Of a stretch of 64,000 nucleotides of DNA, positions 1 through 10,295 are shown piece after piece. Under the pieces are notes generated by a model that searched no databases, was not told the DNA's origin, and saw only the letters and a program-made list of their open reading frames with translations. This stretch comes from Tolypothrix carrinoi HA7290-LM1. Its GTDB lineage: Bacteria > Cyanobacteriota > Cyanobacteriia > Cyanobacteriales > Nostocaceae. Position 1 is the stretch's first letter, and every line of letters begins with the position of its first letter. The DNA lies in NCBI GenBank assembly GCA_019358935.1, contig JAHHIK010000024.1, positions 1 to 64,000 of the forward strand. The letters run 5' to 3'. A program made the position numbers and the translations under genes.

Positions 1-123
1 CTAGCCAACCTCGAAACCGAGGAAGCGTAAGCACTAGGAAAGAACGCTTTCACTTACACCGTGGAGTGAGGTATGGACAAATTATCTAGCTAGTGGTAGT
101 TCTGTCCACACATTTAGAAGCGG
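1..123 (+). mobile_element. Probable right end of an IS607/IS200-IS605-type (TnpB) element interrupting a WD40 gene
   Basis: Hairpin-rich non-coding stretch (tggacaa...tctgtcca) ending in ...gaagcgg. A WD40 frame (VRSVAFCPDG) then resumes abruptly. Resembles cyanobacterial tnpB 3' ends from memory; the rest of the element is outside the window. Confidence 0.4.
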
Positions 124-332
124 TAAGGTCAGTTGCTTTTTGTCCGGATGGTCAAACTTTGGTGAGTGGCAGTGAAGATGGGACAGTTAAGTTATGGGAT
201 GTTTTGACCGGTGAGTGCCTAAAAACTTTCATAAACGAAAGACCCTATGAGGGAATGAACATTACTGACGTTACAGGTTTAACGTCAGTAAGTATTGCTT
301 CTCTAAAAGCTTTGGGAGCTATTACTAACTAG
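93..332 (+). pseudogene. 3' fragment of an NB-ARC/WD40 protein (last WD40 repeat and C-terminal tail)
   Basis: SVAFCPDGQTLVSGSEDGTVKLWD repeat. Tail RPYEGMNITDVTGLT...LKALGA matches the C-terminus of 1745..5335. No genuine start. Confidence 0.8.
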
Positions 333-809
333 AGCGATCGCTCCAGAAAGGATGGCAACAATTTCTTTATACCCACTTTTTTTGGCAAGATCTAAGGGGG
401 TGTTTCCCTTCTTGCCTTTGATGTCTAACCGCGCACCTGCATTGACTAACAGTCTCACTCCTTCAACATTGTTTTGCCAAACTGCATCGTGTAAAGCAGT
501 GTATCCGTTGTAAGGACCCTGAGCGTCTATATTAATACCATACTCAATTAAAATTTCCATAACCTCCGGATGCCTTAGATAAGCAGCAGCGTGGAGTGCA
601 GTGGCTTTCATACTTGAGTCTACCGCATGAATATTTGCACCAGAGTCAAGGAGTAGCTTCACCATTTCAGGTTGACCGTTAGCAGAACTGACAATCAAGA
701 GGCTATTTCCACTACTGTCTGTTTGATTAACGTCTACGCCGTTTTCAATTAATTTTTTCGCCAATTCCAGGTCGTTATTGTTCACGGCAGCAACTAGATT
801 AGTACTCAT
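303..809 (-). CDS. Ankyrin repeat protein
   Basis: Repeated ankyrin motifs: GNSLLIVSS, ATALHAAA, GYTALHDAV, GNTPLDLA. Confidence 0.93.
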   Translation of the reverse strand: MSTNLVAAVNNNDLELAKKLIENGVDVNQTDSSGNSLLIVSSANGQPEMVKLLLDSGANIHAVDSSMKATALHAAAYLRHPEVMEILIEYGINIDAQGPYNGYTALHDAVWQNNVEGVRLLVNAGARLDIKGKKGNTPLDLAKKSGYKEIVAILSGAIALVSNSSQSF

Positions 810-821
810 ATCTACAGGGTT

Positions 822-1148
822 TAGGATTTACTCGTTGATATGAAGAAGTTTAAGGAACGCGGCTTTCCAGTCGCAAGGGTCAATTTTTCTTTTGCAAGTT
901 TGTATTCTTTGAGTTGTGCTTAGTATCGCTCCTTACAAGTGTAATGATACCTTGCGCGTTAATTTATATTAAAGTCTATTTGTAGGGTGCGTAAGTCCTA
1001 AGTGCATAAGTTGATTTCACTGACACCTATTAAGAATGCAGGAGGACTTATGTCCTCTAGGTTCCAAACCCTACTAAAGTTGAGGTGATTTATGTCTTGT
1101 GTACTATGGCTTAATATACAAAATATATTTTGTCAATGCGTAAGCCCT
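822..1148. repeat. Two degenerate cyanobacterial MITE-like repeats with TAGGACTTACGCA-type termini
   Basis: taggatttactc (822) ... tgcgtaagtccta (~988-1001); gaggacttatg (~1043) ... tgcgtaagcccta (~1137-1148). Confidence 0.45.
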
Positions 1149-1279
1149 AAAACAGTTCAATCGGGGGATTCCAAAGTGGCGGACGCATTGATACACTCCA
1201 CCAAACAGAGTTCAGCTAACTTTTCAGCATGGTCATAAAGTGTGCCTTATGTCAACTCCTTTGAGTGGAGTAACGCTCT

Positions 1280-1392
1280 CAATACGGTTCGGTTAAAGGT
1301 TATCGTTGAGAATTTCAGGTGTGTAGAGACGCAAAATTTCGCGTCTCCACAAGAATTATCGGTAGGCTAATTATCTTATCCGAACCGTATTG
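1280..1392. mobile_element. 113-bp MITE with IS4-like termini and 10-bp TSD
   Basis: TIR CAATACGGTTCGG / CCGAACCGTATTG. Flanking direct repeat GTAACGCTCT at 1270-1279 and 1393-1402. Internal hairpin gtagagacgc...gcgtctccac. Confidence 0.9.
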
Positions 1393-1430
1393 GTAACGCT
1401 CTAGGTATGGGTGCCAAAATACTCTGGCAA

Positions 1431-1628
1431 CTAAAGTAAGTTGCCGTCTAAACACTTTTTGAGTGAGCGAACCATCTCTCGAATGACATCGCTCTTCGTT
1501 CGCTGCATCTTCTCACAATATTCCTCCAAAATTTTTTTTTCCTCCTGGGAGAACTGAATCGTCAAATTAACAGCATTTTTTCTAGGCATGGTCATTGTTT
1601 TATAATTACTTTTCAAGTACCATAACAT
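1431..1628 (-). CDS. CopG/ribbon-helix-helix DNA-binding protein
   Basis: LTIQFSQEEKKILEEYCEKMQRTKSDVIREMVRSL is an RHH pattern. Divergent from the NB-ARC gene. True start probably one of the internal Mets. Confidence 0.75.
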   Translation of the reverse strand: MLWYLKSNYKTMTMPRKNAVNLTIQFSQEEKKILEEYCEKMQRTKSDVIREMVRSLKKCLDGNLL

Positions 1629-1744
1629 CAGACCAATTCGTCACTGTTTCAATAAGTTAGACCGCACGGGGATCGGTAAAAGTGGCAATTCCTTTGGAGT
1701 AAATAATCCAAGTCCGCCATCTTTATATAAATATAAAAAAAAAT

Positions 1745-4700
1745 ATGAACCCGCAGAACAAAAAACGCAACCGTGGGCTAATACTGACTCGTGAAGGCTG
1801 GCAGAAGCTTGAGAATGCAAAACTTGAGTGGGAATTTCATGAAAATAATGATACCAGGTGTACCCTGGAAGAGTTAAGTGAACGCGTTGGGATCACTCCT
1901 GTCACTTTCAGGAAGGTACTGACTCGCGAAACAGGGGTTGACAAACAAACGCTTGTTCGTTTGTTTATGGCGTTTAATTTAGAATTGGATAAAAGCGATT
2001 ATACAAAGCCAGAGTCGGATTTAGAGAAACAGGAAAATTTGAAGCTCCTCAAGCGCGTTGATTTGAGAGAGGCAGTTGATGTATCTGTTTTCTATGGACG
2101 CACAGCAGAACTGGCTCTCTTGGAACAATGGCTCATGAAAGAGCAATGCCGAGTGGTGGCGTTGTTGGGAATGGGAGGTATGGGTAAAACCTCTCTGGCG
2201 ACTAAGCTGGTACGTGAAATTGAGCAACGGTTTGAGTATGTTATCTGGCGAACGCTCTACAATGCGCCACCACTTTTTGAACTACTCGGTAACTTGATTC
2301 AATTTTTCGACAACTCGCAGGTTTTAGAAGCTGATTTACCAACCAGCGTAGACGAAAGAATCTCGCGACTGATTGATTATTTGCAAAAACAGCGCTGTCT
2401 TATTATACTCGATAATGCTGAGACGATTCTCCAAAGTGGCGCTATTGCGGGAAGCTATCGACAAGGCTATGAGGATTATGGTCAGCTGATAAGACGCTTA
2501 GGACAAGTTCCCCACAGGAGCTGCTTGCTGCTGACTTCTCGGGAAAAACCGAAAGAGGTAGCATCACTCGAAGGACAAACACTGCCCGTTCGCTCATTAC
2601 GACTAAGTGGTTTGGAGGCGGTAGATGGGCAGAAAATCTTTGGAGTCAAGGGGTTCTCTGGTTCAGAGTCAGAATTGAGAACAGTCGTTGAGCGCTATGC
2701 AGGCAATGCTTTAGCCTTGAAAATAGTAGCGACGACAATTCAAGATGTCTTTGATGGTAATCTTTCTGAATTTCTCAAACAAGACACAGCTGTTTTTGGT
2801 GACATTCACGAGCTTTTAGACCAGCAGTTTGCCCGCTTGTCATATTTAGAAAAGGATATAATCTACTGGCTGGCAATTAATCGTGAGCCAGTTTCGCTAT
2901 CAGAGTTACGAGAAGATATTGTATCACCAGTACCACTACAAAAATTACTGGAAGCGCTGGAGTCTCTGGTAAGGCGATCTCTAACCGAGAAGGCTGCTGC
3001 GCCTACCCTAGTTGAGAAAAGTGCTGCACTCTTCACGCTACAACCTGTAGTTATGGAGTATGTGACTAATCGATTGATAGAGCAGGTTTGTGGAGAGATT
3101 GAAACTCAGAATATCGATTTGTTCAGGTGTCATGCTTTGATGAAGGCGACGGCAAAGGATTATGTTAAGGAAACTCAAATTCGCCTTATCCTTAAACCAG
3201 TTGTAGATGGGCTGGTTACTGTTTTTAGAAGCAAAAAAAACCTTGAATATCAGTTAACTCAAATTCTAGCAAGGCAGCGAGAAGAATCTCCGCTAGAACC
3301 AGGGTATACGGCTGGAAATGTTCTCAATTTGCTTTCTCATCTAAAGACAGATTTAAGCGGTTATGATTTATCTCACCTAGCGGTTTGGCAAGCTGACTTG
3401 CGGAATGTGAAATTGCACGATGTAAATTTCCATTCCGCCAATCTAGCTAAGTCTGTTTTTGCTGAAACCTTCGCTGGTGTTATGTCGGTAGCCTTTAGCC
3501 CTGATGGCGAACTTTTGGCTTTGGGTGATACCAATGGTGAGATTCGCTTGTACCAAGTTTCGGATTGGAAACAACTTCTGTTCTGTAAGGGTCATAGTAA
3601 CTGGGTTACATCACTTGCCTTTAGTCCTGATGGCAGAACCTTTGCTAGCGGTAGTGTTGACTGTATTGTGAAGCTGTGGGATATCAATACAGGTCAATGC
3701 CTGCAGACTTTGCAAGAACACGATGACGAAGTTTGGTCAGTTGCCTTTAGTCCGGATGGTAACACGCTAGCAAGTGGCAGTGATGACTGCACGGTAAAGT
3801 TATGGAGTGTCCACACTGGTCAAATCTTAAGAACGTTTCAGGGACACACAAGTTGGGTATGCTCGGTTACCTTCAGTCCGGATGGGCAAACGCTCTTTAG
3901 TGGCAGTGATGACCACACAGTTCGCTTGTGGGATGTCAATATCGGTGAATGCCTCAAAGCTTTCCAAGGACATAGTGATGGGATACGGGCAATTGCCCTC
4001 AGTCCTGATGGTAAAATGCTGGCGAGTGGTAGTGAAGACCAGACGATAAAGTTGTGGGATGTCAATATCGGTGAATGCCTCAAAACGTTCCAGGGACATT
4101 TAAATGAAGTATATTCAGTCACTTTTAGCTCACAAGGTGATATTCTAGCTAGTGGCAGTTTTGACCAAACGGTGAGGTTATGGAGCGTTAGCACTGGTGA
4201 ATGCCTCAAAACGTTCTACGGACATTCCAGTTGGGTATTGTCGGTAGCTTTTAATCTACGGGGCGATATAGTGGCTAGTGGTAGTTACGATCAGACTGTA
4301 CGGCTGTGGAGTGTTAGCAGCGCTCAATGCCTCAAAATATTCCAGGGATATACCCATCAGGTACTCTCAGTCGCCTTCAGTCCGGATGGACAGACGCTGG
4401 CAAGTGGCAGTCACGATTCTTTGATGAGGTTGTGGGATGTCTCGGAGGGTAAGTGCCTCAAAACGTTCCAGGGACATGGTGCTGCGATCCAGTCAGTTGC
4501 CTTTAGTCCAGATGGGCAGACCCTAGCAAGTGGCAGTGAAGATCGAACGGTGAGGTTGTGGAATGTTAATACAGGTCAAGTCTTGCAGACTTTTCAGGGA
4601 CATCGTGCTGCGATTCGGTCAGTTGCCTTTAGTCCAGATGGGCAAACGCTAGCAAGTGGCAGTGAAGACCAAACAGTCAGGCTATGGGATGTTAACACAG

Positions 4701-5335
4701 GTCAAGCTTTGAGAACTTGCCAGGGACACACAAATCAGATATGGTCAGTTGCCTTTAGTCCTCAAGGAATGATGGTAGCCAGCGGCGCGTTCGAGCCGAC
4801 AATCAGGTTGTGGGATGTCAGCACCGGTGAGTGCCTCAAGACCTTAGAGGGGCATACGAGTTGGGTTTGGTCAGTTGCTTTTAGTCCGGATGGTGAGCTG
4901 TTGGCGAGTACCAGTACAGATCGAACCTTAAGGTTATGGAGTGTCAGCACTGGTGAATGCCTTAAACTTTTGCAGGTAGATACAGGGTGGTTACTCTCAG
5001 TAGCCTTTAGCCCAGACAGTCGAACACTGGCGAGTAGCTGTCAAGACCACACAGTTAGGTTGTGGGATCTTAGCACTGGTAAATGCCTCAAAGCCTTACA
5101 AGGACACGCAGGAGGTTGGATCAAGTCTGTCGCCTTTTGTCCGGATAATCAAACTCTAGTTAGCAGCGGTGAAGATGAGACAATTAGACTGTGGGATGTT
5201 ACAACAGGTAAGTGCTTAAAAGTTCTGAAAGCGGAGAAACCCTATGAGCGGATGAACATTATGGGGGTTACAGGTTTAACTACAGCAGCTATTGCTACGC
5301 TGAAAGTTTTGGGAGCATTTGCTGGTGAAAAATAG
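1745..5335 (+). CDS. HTH-NB-ARC (STAND NTPase)-pentapeptide-WD40 repeat protein
   Basis: N-terminal HTH (TLEELSERVGITPVT), Walker A GMGGMGKT, Walker B LIILDNAE, about 14 WD40 repeats. Confidence 0.95.
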   Translation: MNPQNKKRNRGLILTREGWQKLENAKLEWEFHENNDTRCTLEELSERVGITPVTFRKVLTRETGVDKQTLVRLFMAFNLELDKSDYTKPESDLEKQENLKLLKRVDLREAVDVSVFYGRTAELALLEQWLMKEQCRVVALLGMGGMGKTSLATKLVREIEQRFEYVIWRTLYNAPPLFELLGNLIQFFDNSQVLEADLPTSVDERISRLIDYLQKQRCLIILDNAETILQSGAIAGSYRQGYEDYGQLIRRLGQVPHRSCLLLTSREKPKEVASLEGQTLPVRSLRLSGLEAVDGQKIFGVKGFSGSESELRTVVERYAGNALALKIVATTIQDVFDGNLSEFLKQDTAVFGDIHELLDQQFARLSYLEKDIIYWLAINREPVSLSELREDIVSPVPLQKLLEALESLVRRSLTEKAAAPTLVEKSAALFTLQPVVMEYVTNRLIEQVCGEIETQNIDLFRCHALMKATAKDYVKETQIRLILKPVVDGLVTVFRSKKNLEYQLTQILARQREESPLEPGYTAGNVLNLLSHLKTDLSGYDLSHLAVWQADLRNVKLHDVNFHSANLAKSVFAETFAGVMSVAFSPDGELLALGDTNGEIRLYQVSDWKQLLFCKGHSNWVTSLAFSPDGRTFASGSVDCIVKLWDINTGQCLQTLQEHDDEVWSVAFSPDGNTLASGSDDCTVKLWSVHTGQILRTFQGHTSWVCSVTFSPDGQTLFSGSDDHTVRLWDVNIGECLKAFQGHSDGIRAIALSPDGKMLASGSEDQTIKLWDVNIGECLKTFQGHLNEVYSVTFSSQGDILASGSFDQTVRLWSVSTGECLKTFYGHSSWVLSVAFNLRGDIVASGSYDQTVRLWSVSSAQCLKIFQGYTHQVLSVAFSPDGQTLASGSHDSLMRLWDVSEGKCLKTFQGHGAAIQSVAFSPDGQTLASGSEDRTVRLWNVNTGQVLQTFQGHRAAIRSVAFSPDGQTLASGSEDQTVRLWDVNTGQALRTCQGHTNQIWSVAFSPQGMMVASGAFEPTIRLWDVSTGECLKTLEGHTSWVWSVAFSPDGELLASTSTDRTLRLWSVSTGECLKLLQVDTGWLLSVAFSPDSRTLASSCQDHTVRLWDLSTGKCLKALQGHAGGWIKSVAFCPDNQTLVSSGEDETIRLWDVTTGKCLKVLKAEKPYERMNIMGVTGLTTAAIATLKVLGAFAGEK

Positions 5336-5421
5336 TCCACGTAAGCAGTTATATGAAACCAATGGAGATTTCACCACCGAGAGACATCAGCCTACCGCAA
5401 ACCTTGTCTGAAACATCAGCT

Positions 5422-5516
5422 TACAGCGTTTTTCAAGTAAATAAACCACAGGTAGGGGCAAAGGCTAGCCGTGTCCCTACGAAAATCTGTGGTTCAATTA
5501 ACTGAAAATAGATGTA
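5422..5516. repeat. MITE-like repeat with IS630-type TA termini
   Basis: TACAGCGTTTTTCAAGTAAATAAACCACA and TGTGGTTCAATTAACTGAAAATAGATGTA form imperfect inverted ends. Internal gtagggg...ccctac hairpin. Confidence 0.6.
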
Positions 5517-5692
5517 ATGAACGGAAAATTTTCTCTGCCCAATAAGTATTAACTCCTGACTATCTAGTTGTTACGGTAGCTAGGGCTAACCCACTTTGAG
5601 GTTGCTGGGCGCTCCTAGCTTAACAGGGATTAGACAATCAGGGCTACCGACTGTTTCAATTTTAAGCCACTAAATCTATAGATATGCTTAAT

Positions 5693-5959
5693 CTACAGTG
5701 TACCGAATTCGGTATCGCTTGGTAATCCTTGCGCGAATTCATTTATGATAGTTTCCAAATCATCAAGTTCAATGCCATTCAATATATCAAAACTGGTCTG
5801 AAGGAACTTGGTGGTGAGATCATGCCTTAAAGACTGCTGCTCGATAATTGTAGTCTTCCTTCCATTTGGAAAGACCTCTAAAAAAACAGCTTCATTGGCA
5901 AAACCTAAACCTAGCGATACTAAAATCGACAGTCCTAAATCTAAAATCCGAAATCGCAT
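5693..5959 (-). CDS. Hypothetical protein or gene remnant
   Basis: 88-aa ORF with aggagaag RBS-like sequence upstream. No recognised motif. Confidence 0.3.
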   Translation of the reverse strand: MRFRILDLGLSILVSLGLGFANEAVFLEVFPNGRKTTIIEQQSLRHDLTTKFLQTSFDILNGIELDDLETIINEFAQGLPSDTEFGTL

Positions 5960-6050
5960 CCTTCTTCTCCTTAAAATTTGAACAGTACAGTTAAGGGTGT
6001 CTGAGAAAAGCTCTTCTTGCTTACCGAGTCATTTCTTTAGCTTCTGAAAA

Positions 6051-6905
6051 TTAGTTACACTCGTAGCAAGTATTCAGCTCTAGCGGTTTCAATACATTCT
6101 GAAGTTCTGAGTCTGATATATAGCCCTCCTTGGGTGGAGTAAAGCGCAACAACGCAGTCTCATAACAAGCTCTTGCTACGCGGATACACTCTTGAGGAGT
6201 AAGCTGTGCAACAACTTCAATTGTCTCTTCTACATGCTTGACTTCGGCACCAACACCGCTGTGTATCCGCAGCCAGCGTGTGGCATGAGTACCCGGTGGT
6301 AGCAAAGCCTGCACACTCTGGATGTACTCCTCCCCTTGAAATGTCCCTAAGCGTTCGGCTGTATAGAAAAAACCAACGCAACCAATTGGATCGGTCGTCT
6401 GCACGCTTTGAAAGAAGTAATCTACCAAAGCCTGTATAGGAGATGGCACAAGCGCTTGCACTACAGCCTCTGCGTCATATCCCATTGATTGAATATCAAG
6501 CAGGGCGAGTCGGTCGTGACCCGCTTCCTCTCTGGCTTTCTGTGCAGCCCACTGCGCCAAACTCTGGCGACCAGATGCAGCAAAGCGGTCTCGCGCTTCC
6601 TCCATCAGTCGTGTGGTATGGCGGCTTGAATGGTAGGCACCTGCAAGCCGCCATACCCAACGTGTACGGGTCAGGTCTGGTGGTCTGCGGCTCGACTTTA
6701 TATCCCTCCAAGCTAATGCTATTGCCCTATCCAAGAGCTTCTGGGTTTTAGCTATACTGTCTGCATCAATCATCTTTGGAGCGAAGCGATCCCTGCTCCC
6801 CACAGGACTAGGTTGATGCACCTTAGTGGGGTTGGCAGTCTTCAGCACTACTTTGTCAAGCGCAATATGCACCCATTCAGTATTAATGAAAAAGACATTA
6901 CGCAT
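6051..6905 (-). CDS. Heme-oxygenase-like (iron-containing redox) enzyme
   Basis: Helical metal-ligand pattern REEAGHDRLALLD, YTAERLG, LRIHSGVGAEVKHVEE. Start moved to Met 6905 because the sequence upstream belongs to the TPP pseudogene in another frame. Confidence 0.65.
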   Translation of the reverse strand: MRNVFFINTEWVHIALDKVVLKTANPTKVHQPSPVGSRDRFAPKMIDADSIAKTQKLLDRAIALAWRDIKSSRRPPDLTRTRWVWRLAGAYHSSRHTTRLMEEARDRFAASGRQSLAQWAAQKAREEAGHDRLALLDIQSMGYDAEAVVQALVPSPIQALVDYFFQSVQTTDPIGCVGFFYTAERLGTFQGEEYIQSVQALLPPGTHATRWLRIHSGVGAEVKHVEETIEVVAQLTPQECIRVARACYETALLRFTPPKEGYISDSELQNVLKPLELNTCYECN

Positions 6906-7598
6906 GGTTCGTTTCCTCGCTTGTGGTTGCACTATATGAGAGAAAGTCACTCGTGGAAAAATTTCTTGCTCGAACTTGTCTGAATGGCAGTGAAGATACT
7001 CAGATGAGCTTCGTAGCCATCCGGCTGTGCTAGACCGAGGGCGAGCCAGAGATTTCTCTCTAGAAGTTGCTCGCTGCACTTATTGAGTGCTAAGATAGTA
7101 AACTAGCCATCCCCGTTGTAAAAATATCTGCGTTGTTAACGCTTTAGTGATCCCCAGACCTGTTGTAGTAAACGCCACGACGGGACAACCACTAGCAAAG
7201 TACGCCTCGGTTGCTGCAAAAGCTGCTCCCGCTTCATGATGAAAGTGCAGTACGGGTATGTCACTTTGTTGCAGTGCGTGCTAGAGGGGTGCGATAGCAC
7301 CACCCGAAACACCAAACGCATATTGCACTCCCATATATCCCAGCATTTTGGCGATCGCCTCAGCTACCGAGACAGGTGCAAGTTGCAGACTTCTTTTGAG
7401 AGACGCGATGTCCAATTGTGGGTTTGGCTGGACATCTGTAAGAGGTGAGGGGATCAAAGATGACTCAGAAGGTAAGATAATGCTATGTTCGTATCTCTTA
7501 TTAATGTGCGTGGTCTGAACTGGCGTGAATTCGCTATTGGTATCGGATTTTAACTTTTTAGCTCTATTTCTGCTGGGAGAAAAGGATTTAGTGTTCAT
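6906..7598 (-). pseudogene. Thiamine-diphosphate-dependent enzyme (acetolactate-synthase/ScyA-related), degraded
   Basis: AFGVSGGAIAPL-TAG-HALQQSDIPVLHFHHEAGAAFAATEAYFASG.PVVAFTTTG reads in frame through a nonsense codon. A frameshifted piece CSEQLL...LALGLAQPDGYEAHLSI follows. The C-terminal two thirds are missing. Confidence 0.85.
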
Positions 7599-7861
7599 AA
7601 AGGTAAAGTAGATGCATACAGGTTGACAATCGGCTCTAATTGTGCAATGGGTATAGGGAATCTACCACGAAGCTCTCACCTTTAAGTGGTAAGTAAATTG
7701 CACACAGGATGTTTTTCACCACCATCTTGCACATTCAATAAGAAGCGATGCCTATCTAGATCTGATCGCAGCATTGCCTATTGGTCATTTCACGCACCCT
7801 AGTCAATTAAGTTGCTTGATACATTTTTGTTACGATTCAGTTTCCTAACTTCACAAAACTA

Positions 7862-8228
7862 TAGCCACTCAAGATAATCAACTTAAGAGAAAGTTAAGTT
7901 TTTTTACTAAAGATTAGTTGATATCCTCTTGCTGATATAACTCGAAAGGCTTAGTGCGGGATTCCCGCATTATTGTGAGAACTTCCTGCTTCTACGAACA
8001 CCATCTTTAGGCGATCGCATTCCTATGCCTGTGATTGCATCAGCTGCTTTACATTTCTTTACAGATAGGCGCTTAGATTTCACTTGTACCGAGTTTAATT
8101 TAAAAAATTAGCCAAACCTGATATCTAAATTTGCTAGAGGCTGAAAGTCGCTTCAGTTGTGACTTGGTGTAATGTACAGCGAAAAAAACCTAAACTTTTT
8201 TTCTTAAGTTTTCTATCTTAACTGGCTA
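7862..8228. promoter_or_regulatory. Pair of inverted ~45-bp operator-like boxes in a divergent promoter region
   Basis: 7862-7905 TAGCCACTCAAGATAATCAACTTAAGAGAAAGTTAAGTTTTTTT versus the reverse complement of 8182-8228 TAGCCAGTTAAGATAGAAAACTTAAGAAAAAAAGTTTAGGTTTTTTT. Confidence 0.6.
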
Positions 8229-8644
8229 AAATCTTTTGATAAATAGACAATTAGACTCAATGAACCTAAGAGAAACACCTGCCCTATGGGCAATCTACTT
8301 AGGTGTCGCGTTCTATTCCTTAGCCCAAGCACGGCAGCTTTCATGCTCCCGCTAGCTTATTTAATTTTTTCACCGAATAGAACTATTATTCCATGTACGA
8401 GTACACACTCCAACCAGTACGTGTTGTCAAGGAGGGTATGCGCTCATTTTTAGCATTATACATTAGAGTCAGACTTCAATGGTGCTAGCTTCCAAGCCTA
8501 CATCTACCTAACAGAGGTATCAGCGCTCAGGTTCTCCCTAAGATTTTAAACTCCTGAGCGCGTTACCAGCAAAGATAAAACGCCTAAATAGGGTGCTATT
8601 TCAGCACTACAACATTCTATTAAGACTTTGCGTAGAGGTTTGAG

Positions 8645-9211
8645 ATGACGAAGCGAACGAACTACTACAATGATCTGTCTGGAGATTATTCAAAGCCAGG
8701 GCTAGTTTCCAATGAACAAGCAGTAGAACTGCTCAGGGACGCGGAGACATACATTTCTCAACGTGAAGAAAAGTTGCCTGAAATAACTCCAGAATACACT
8801 TTAGCGCAAATAGAACAAGAAAACAAAGATTGGTGGCCAACCCACTGTGAAGCGCTGCGACAAGGACGGGGAGATATTTTAGCAGGTGTGTACGCCGATA
8901 GTCTTATTTATTTGTGTGCTGACGGACCTTTTTATGGTAGAACCGCAGCAACAAATAGAGAAGTAAATTGGTGGGCAATTCTCGCTCAACCAGGCGTAAC
9001 GATGGCTTGGCCCATTGTTATGTTCAATGGTGAATTCGTCTACTGTGAATGGAATTGTTTTAACGATGTAACGAAGGAAATAATCGCCAAGGGAAACGAA
9101 ACTCTACTTCGACGCGGGCACAGAGGTGCCTGCTACTTAAAATCCGGGCAACTTAACTTTTATCGCGATGTTTATGCCTCCAATGAATTGCTGCATTGGC
9201 TCAGGCGTTAA
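8645..9211 (+). CDS. NTF2/SnoaL-like fold protein
   Basis: Clean 188-aa ORF with agagg RBS. The pattern YADSLIYLCADGPFYGR...FVYCEW suggests an NTF2-like fold. Confidence 0.55.
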   Translation: MTKRTNYYNDLSGDYSKPGLVSNEQAVELLRDAETYISQREEKLPEITPEYTLAQIEQENKDWWPTHCEALRQGRGDILAGVYADSLIYLCADGPFYGRTAATNREVNWWAILAQPGVTMAWPIVMFNGEFVYCEWNCFNDVTKEIIAKGNETLLRRGHRGACYLKSGQLNFYRDVYASNELLHWLRR

Positions 9212-9436
9212 CAGCAAATTTAGCAATTTTTTAGCAAAAAAAGAAAAGTTAAATGAAAAGTTTTAAAACCCTAAATATATATCTTTTATATATTTTCTAA
9301 CTTTTCACCTACAATTTTACCAAAAAATTACGATTAAGTGTCATTCGTCTACTTGAACAATTTCTGGAATCTTTTCAAGTTCAGGTGCATCTGACATGAG
9401 AGTGACAGACTATTTAACCTAATTAAGGAAGGTAAT

Positions 9437-10051
9437 GTGATGAGTCAATTGCTTGAACGCACCGAATCCCACGACGTTAACATAGACTCTCTCTTTAACA
9501 TTCCGGAACTGAGCGTAGGGATCCAAGAGTGGTTTCTTCATCCCCGACCACTGCTGCTCAGCGTCTTCCGCTTCATTGAAGAGCATTATCAAGATTCGAT
9601 TAGTCTTCGGGACGTGGCTGAGGTGGTTGGTCGCTCCCCAGCTTACCTCACCGACCTCGTGCGGCGAGAAACCGGAAAGACCGTACTAGCTTGGATTGTT
9701 GAGCGCCGCATGGCCCAGACACGCCGCTTGCTCCTCGAAACTAGCCAGTCAATCGAACAAATTGCTGAAGCGGTGGGCTATTTCGATAGGCGTCATTTCA
9801 GCCGCCAGTTTCTCCGGCTCCATGGGGAGAATCCGCAAGCGTGGCGAAAGAAACATCAAAGCTGGAGCATCCCTCTTTCGCAGATAGACCCACAGAAGGC
9901 AATACCAAACGAGTTAATCCAGCAGAGAGCCACGACTATGACTGCTGCGGAAGCCCACCGGCTACAAGTTTGTGTCCAAGAAATTGCTGCGATTCTTTAC
10001 AAGAATACTGCCACTGGTGAAGTCATATCAAGTTCGGATGATTACTTATAA
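9437..10051 (+). CDS. AraC-family transcriptional regulator
   Basis: ISLRDVAEVVGRSPAYLTDLVRRETG and SIEQIAEAVGYFDRRHFSRQF..G.NPQAWR form the double HTH. Confidence 0.92.
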   Translation: MMSQLLERTESHDVNIDSLFNIPELSVGIQEWFLHPRPLLLSVFRFIEEHYQDSISLRDVAEVVGRSPAYLTDLVRRETGKTVLAWIVERRMAQTRRLLLETSQSIEQIAEAVGYFDRRHFSRQFLRLHGENPQAWRKKHQSWSIPLSQIDPQKAIPNELIQQRATTMTAAEAHRLQVCVQEIAAILYKNTATGEVISSSDDYL

Positions 10052-10295
10052 TAAAGTTTCTTTTTGTAGGTTGGGTTACGCTCCGCTACACCTAACAAAC
10101 TTTTAATTAATAAGTAAGTCGGCGCAAAAAAAGCAAACTATGTAAAGTATGGGCTACTCCCCCAACAAATTCTTCGTGAAGCGATCGCTGACTATCACTC
10201 CAAAATCAAATCTCAAGAAAACGAGCAGTCCCAGAAAGAGACTGCTGAATCTGAAGTGGTTGTGGTTGAGTCGAGTATGCTTCCACAAGTGTAAA

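Noticed and set aside
3480..5220. 126-bp periodic DNA repeats and antisense ORFs (3827..4099, 3838..4209, 4762..4950)
   Set aside because: Explained by the WD40 coding repeats on the plus strand.
6906..7079. N-terminal 58 aa of the 342-aa ORF 6051..7079
   Set aside because: This DNA encodes the TPP-enzyme pseudogene in another frame, so the extension is probably spurious.
7281..7283. In-frame TAG/TGA codons as recoding (here and at 11313-11885)
   Set aside because: The same region has frameshifts, deletions and other nonsense codons, consistent with ordinary pseudogenisation.
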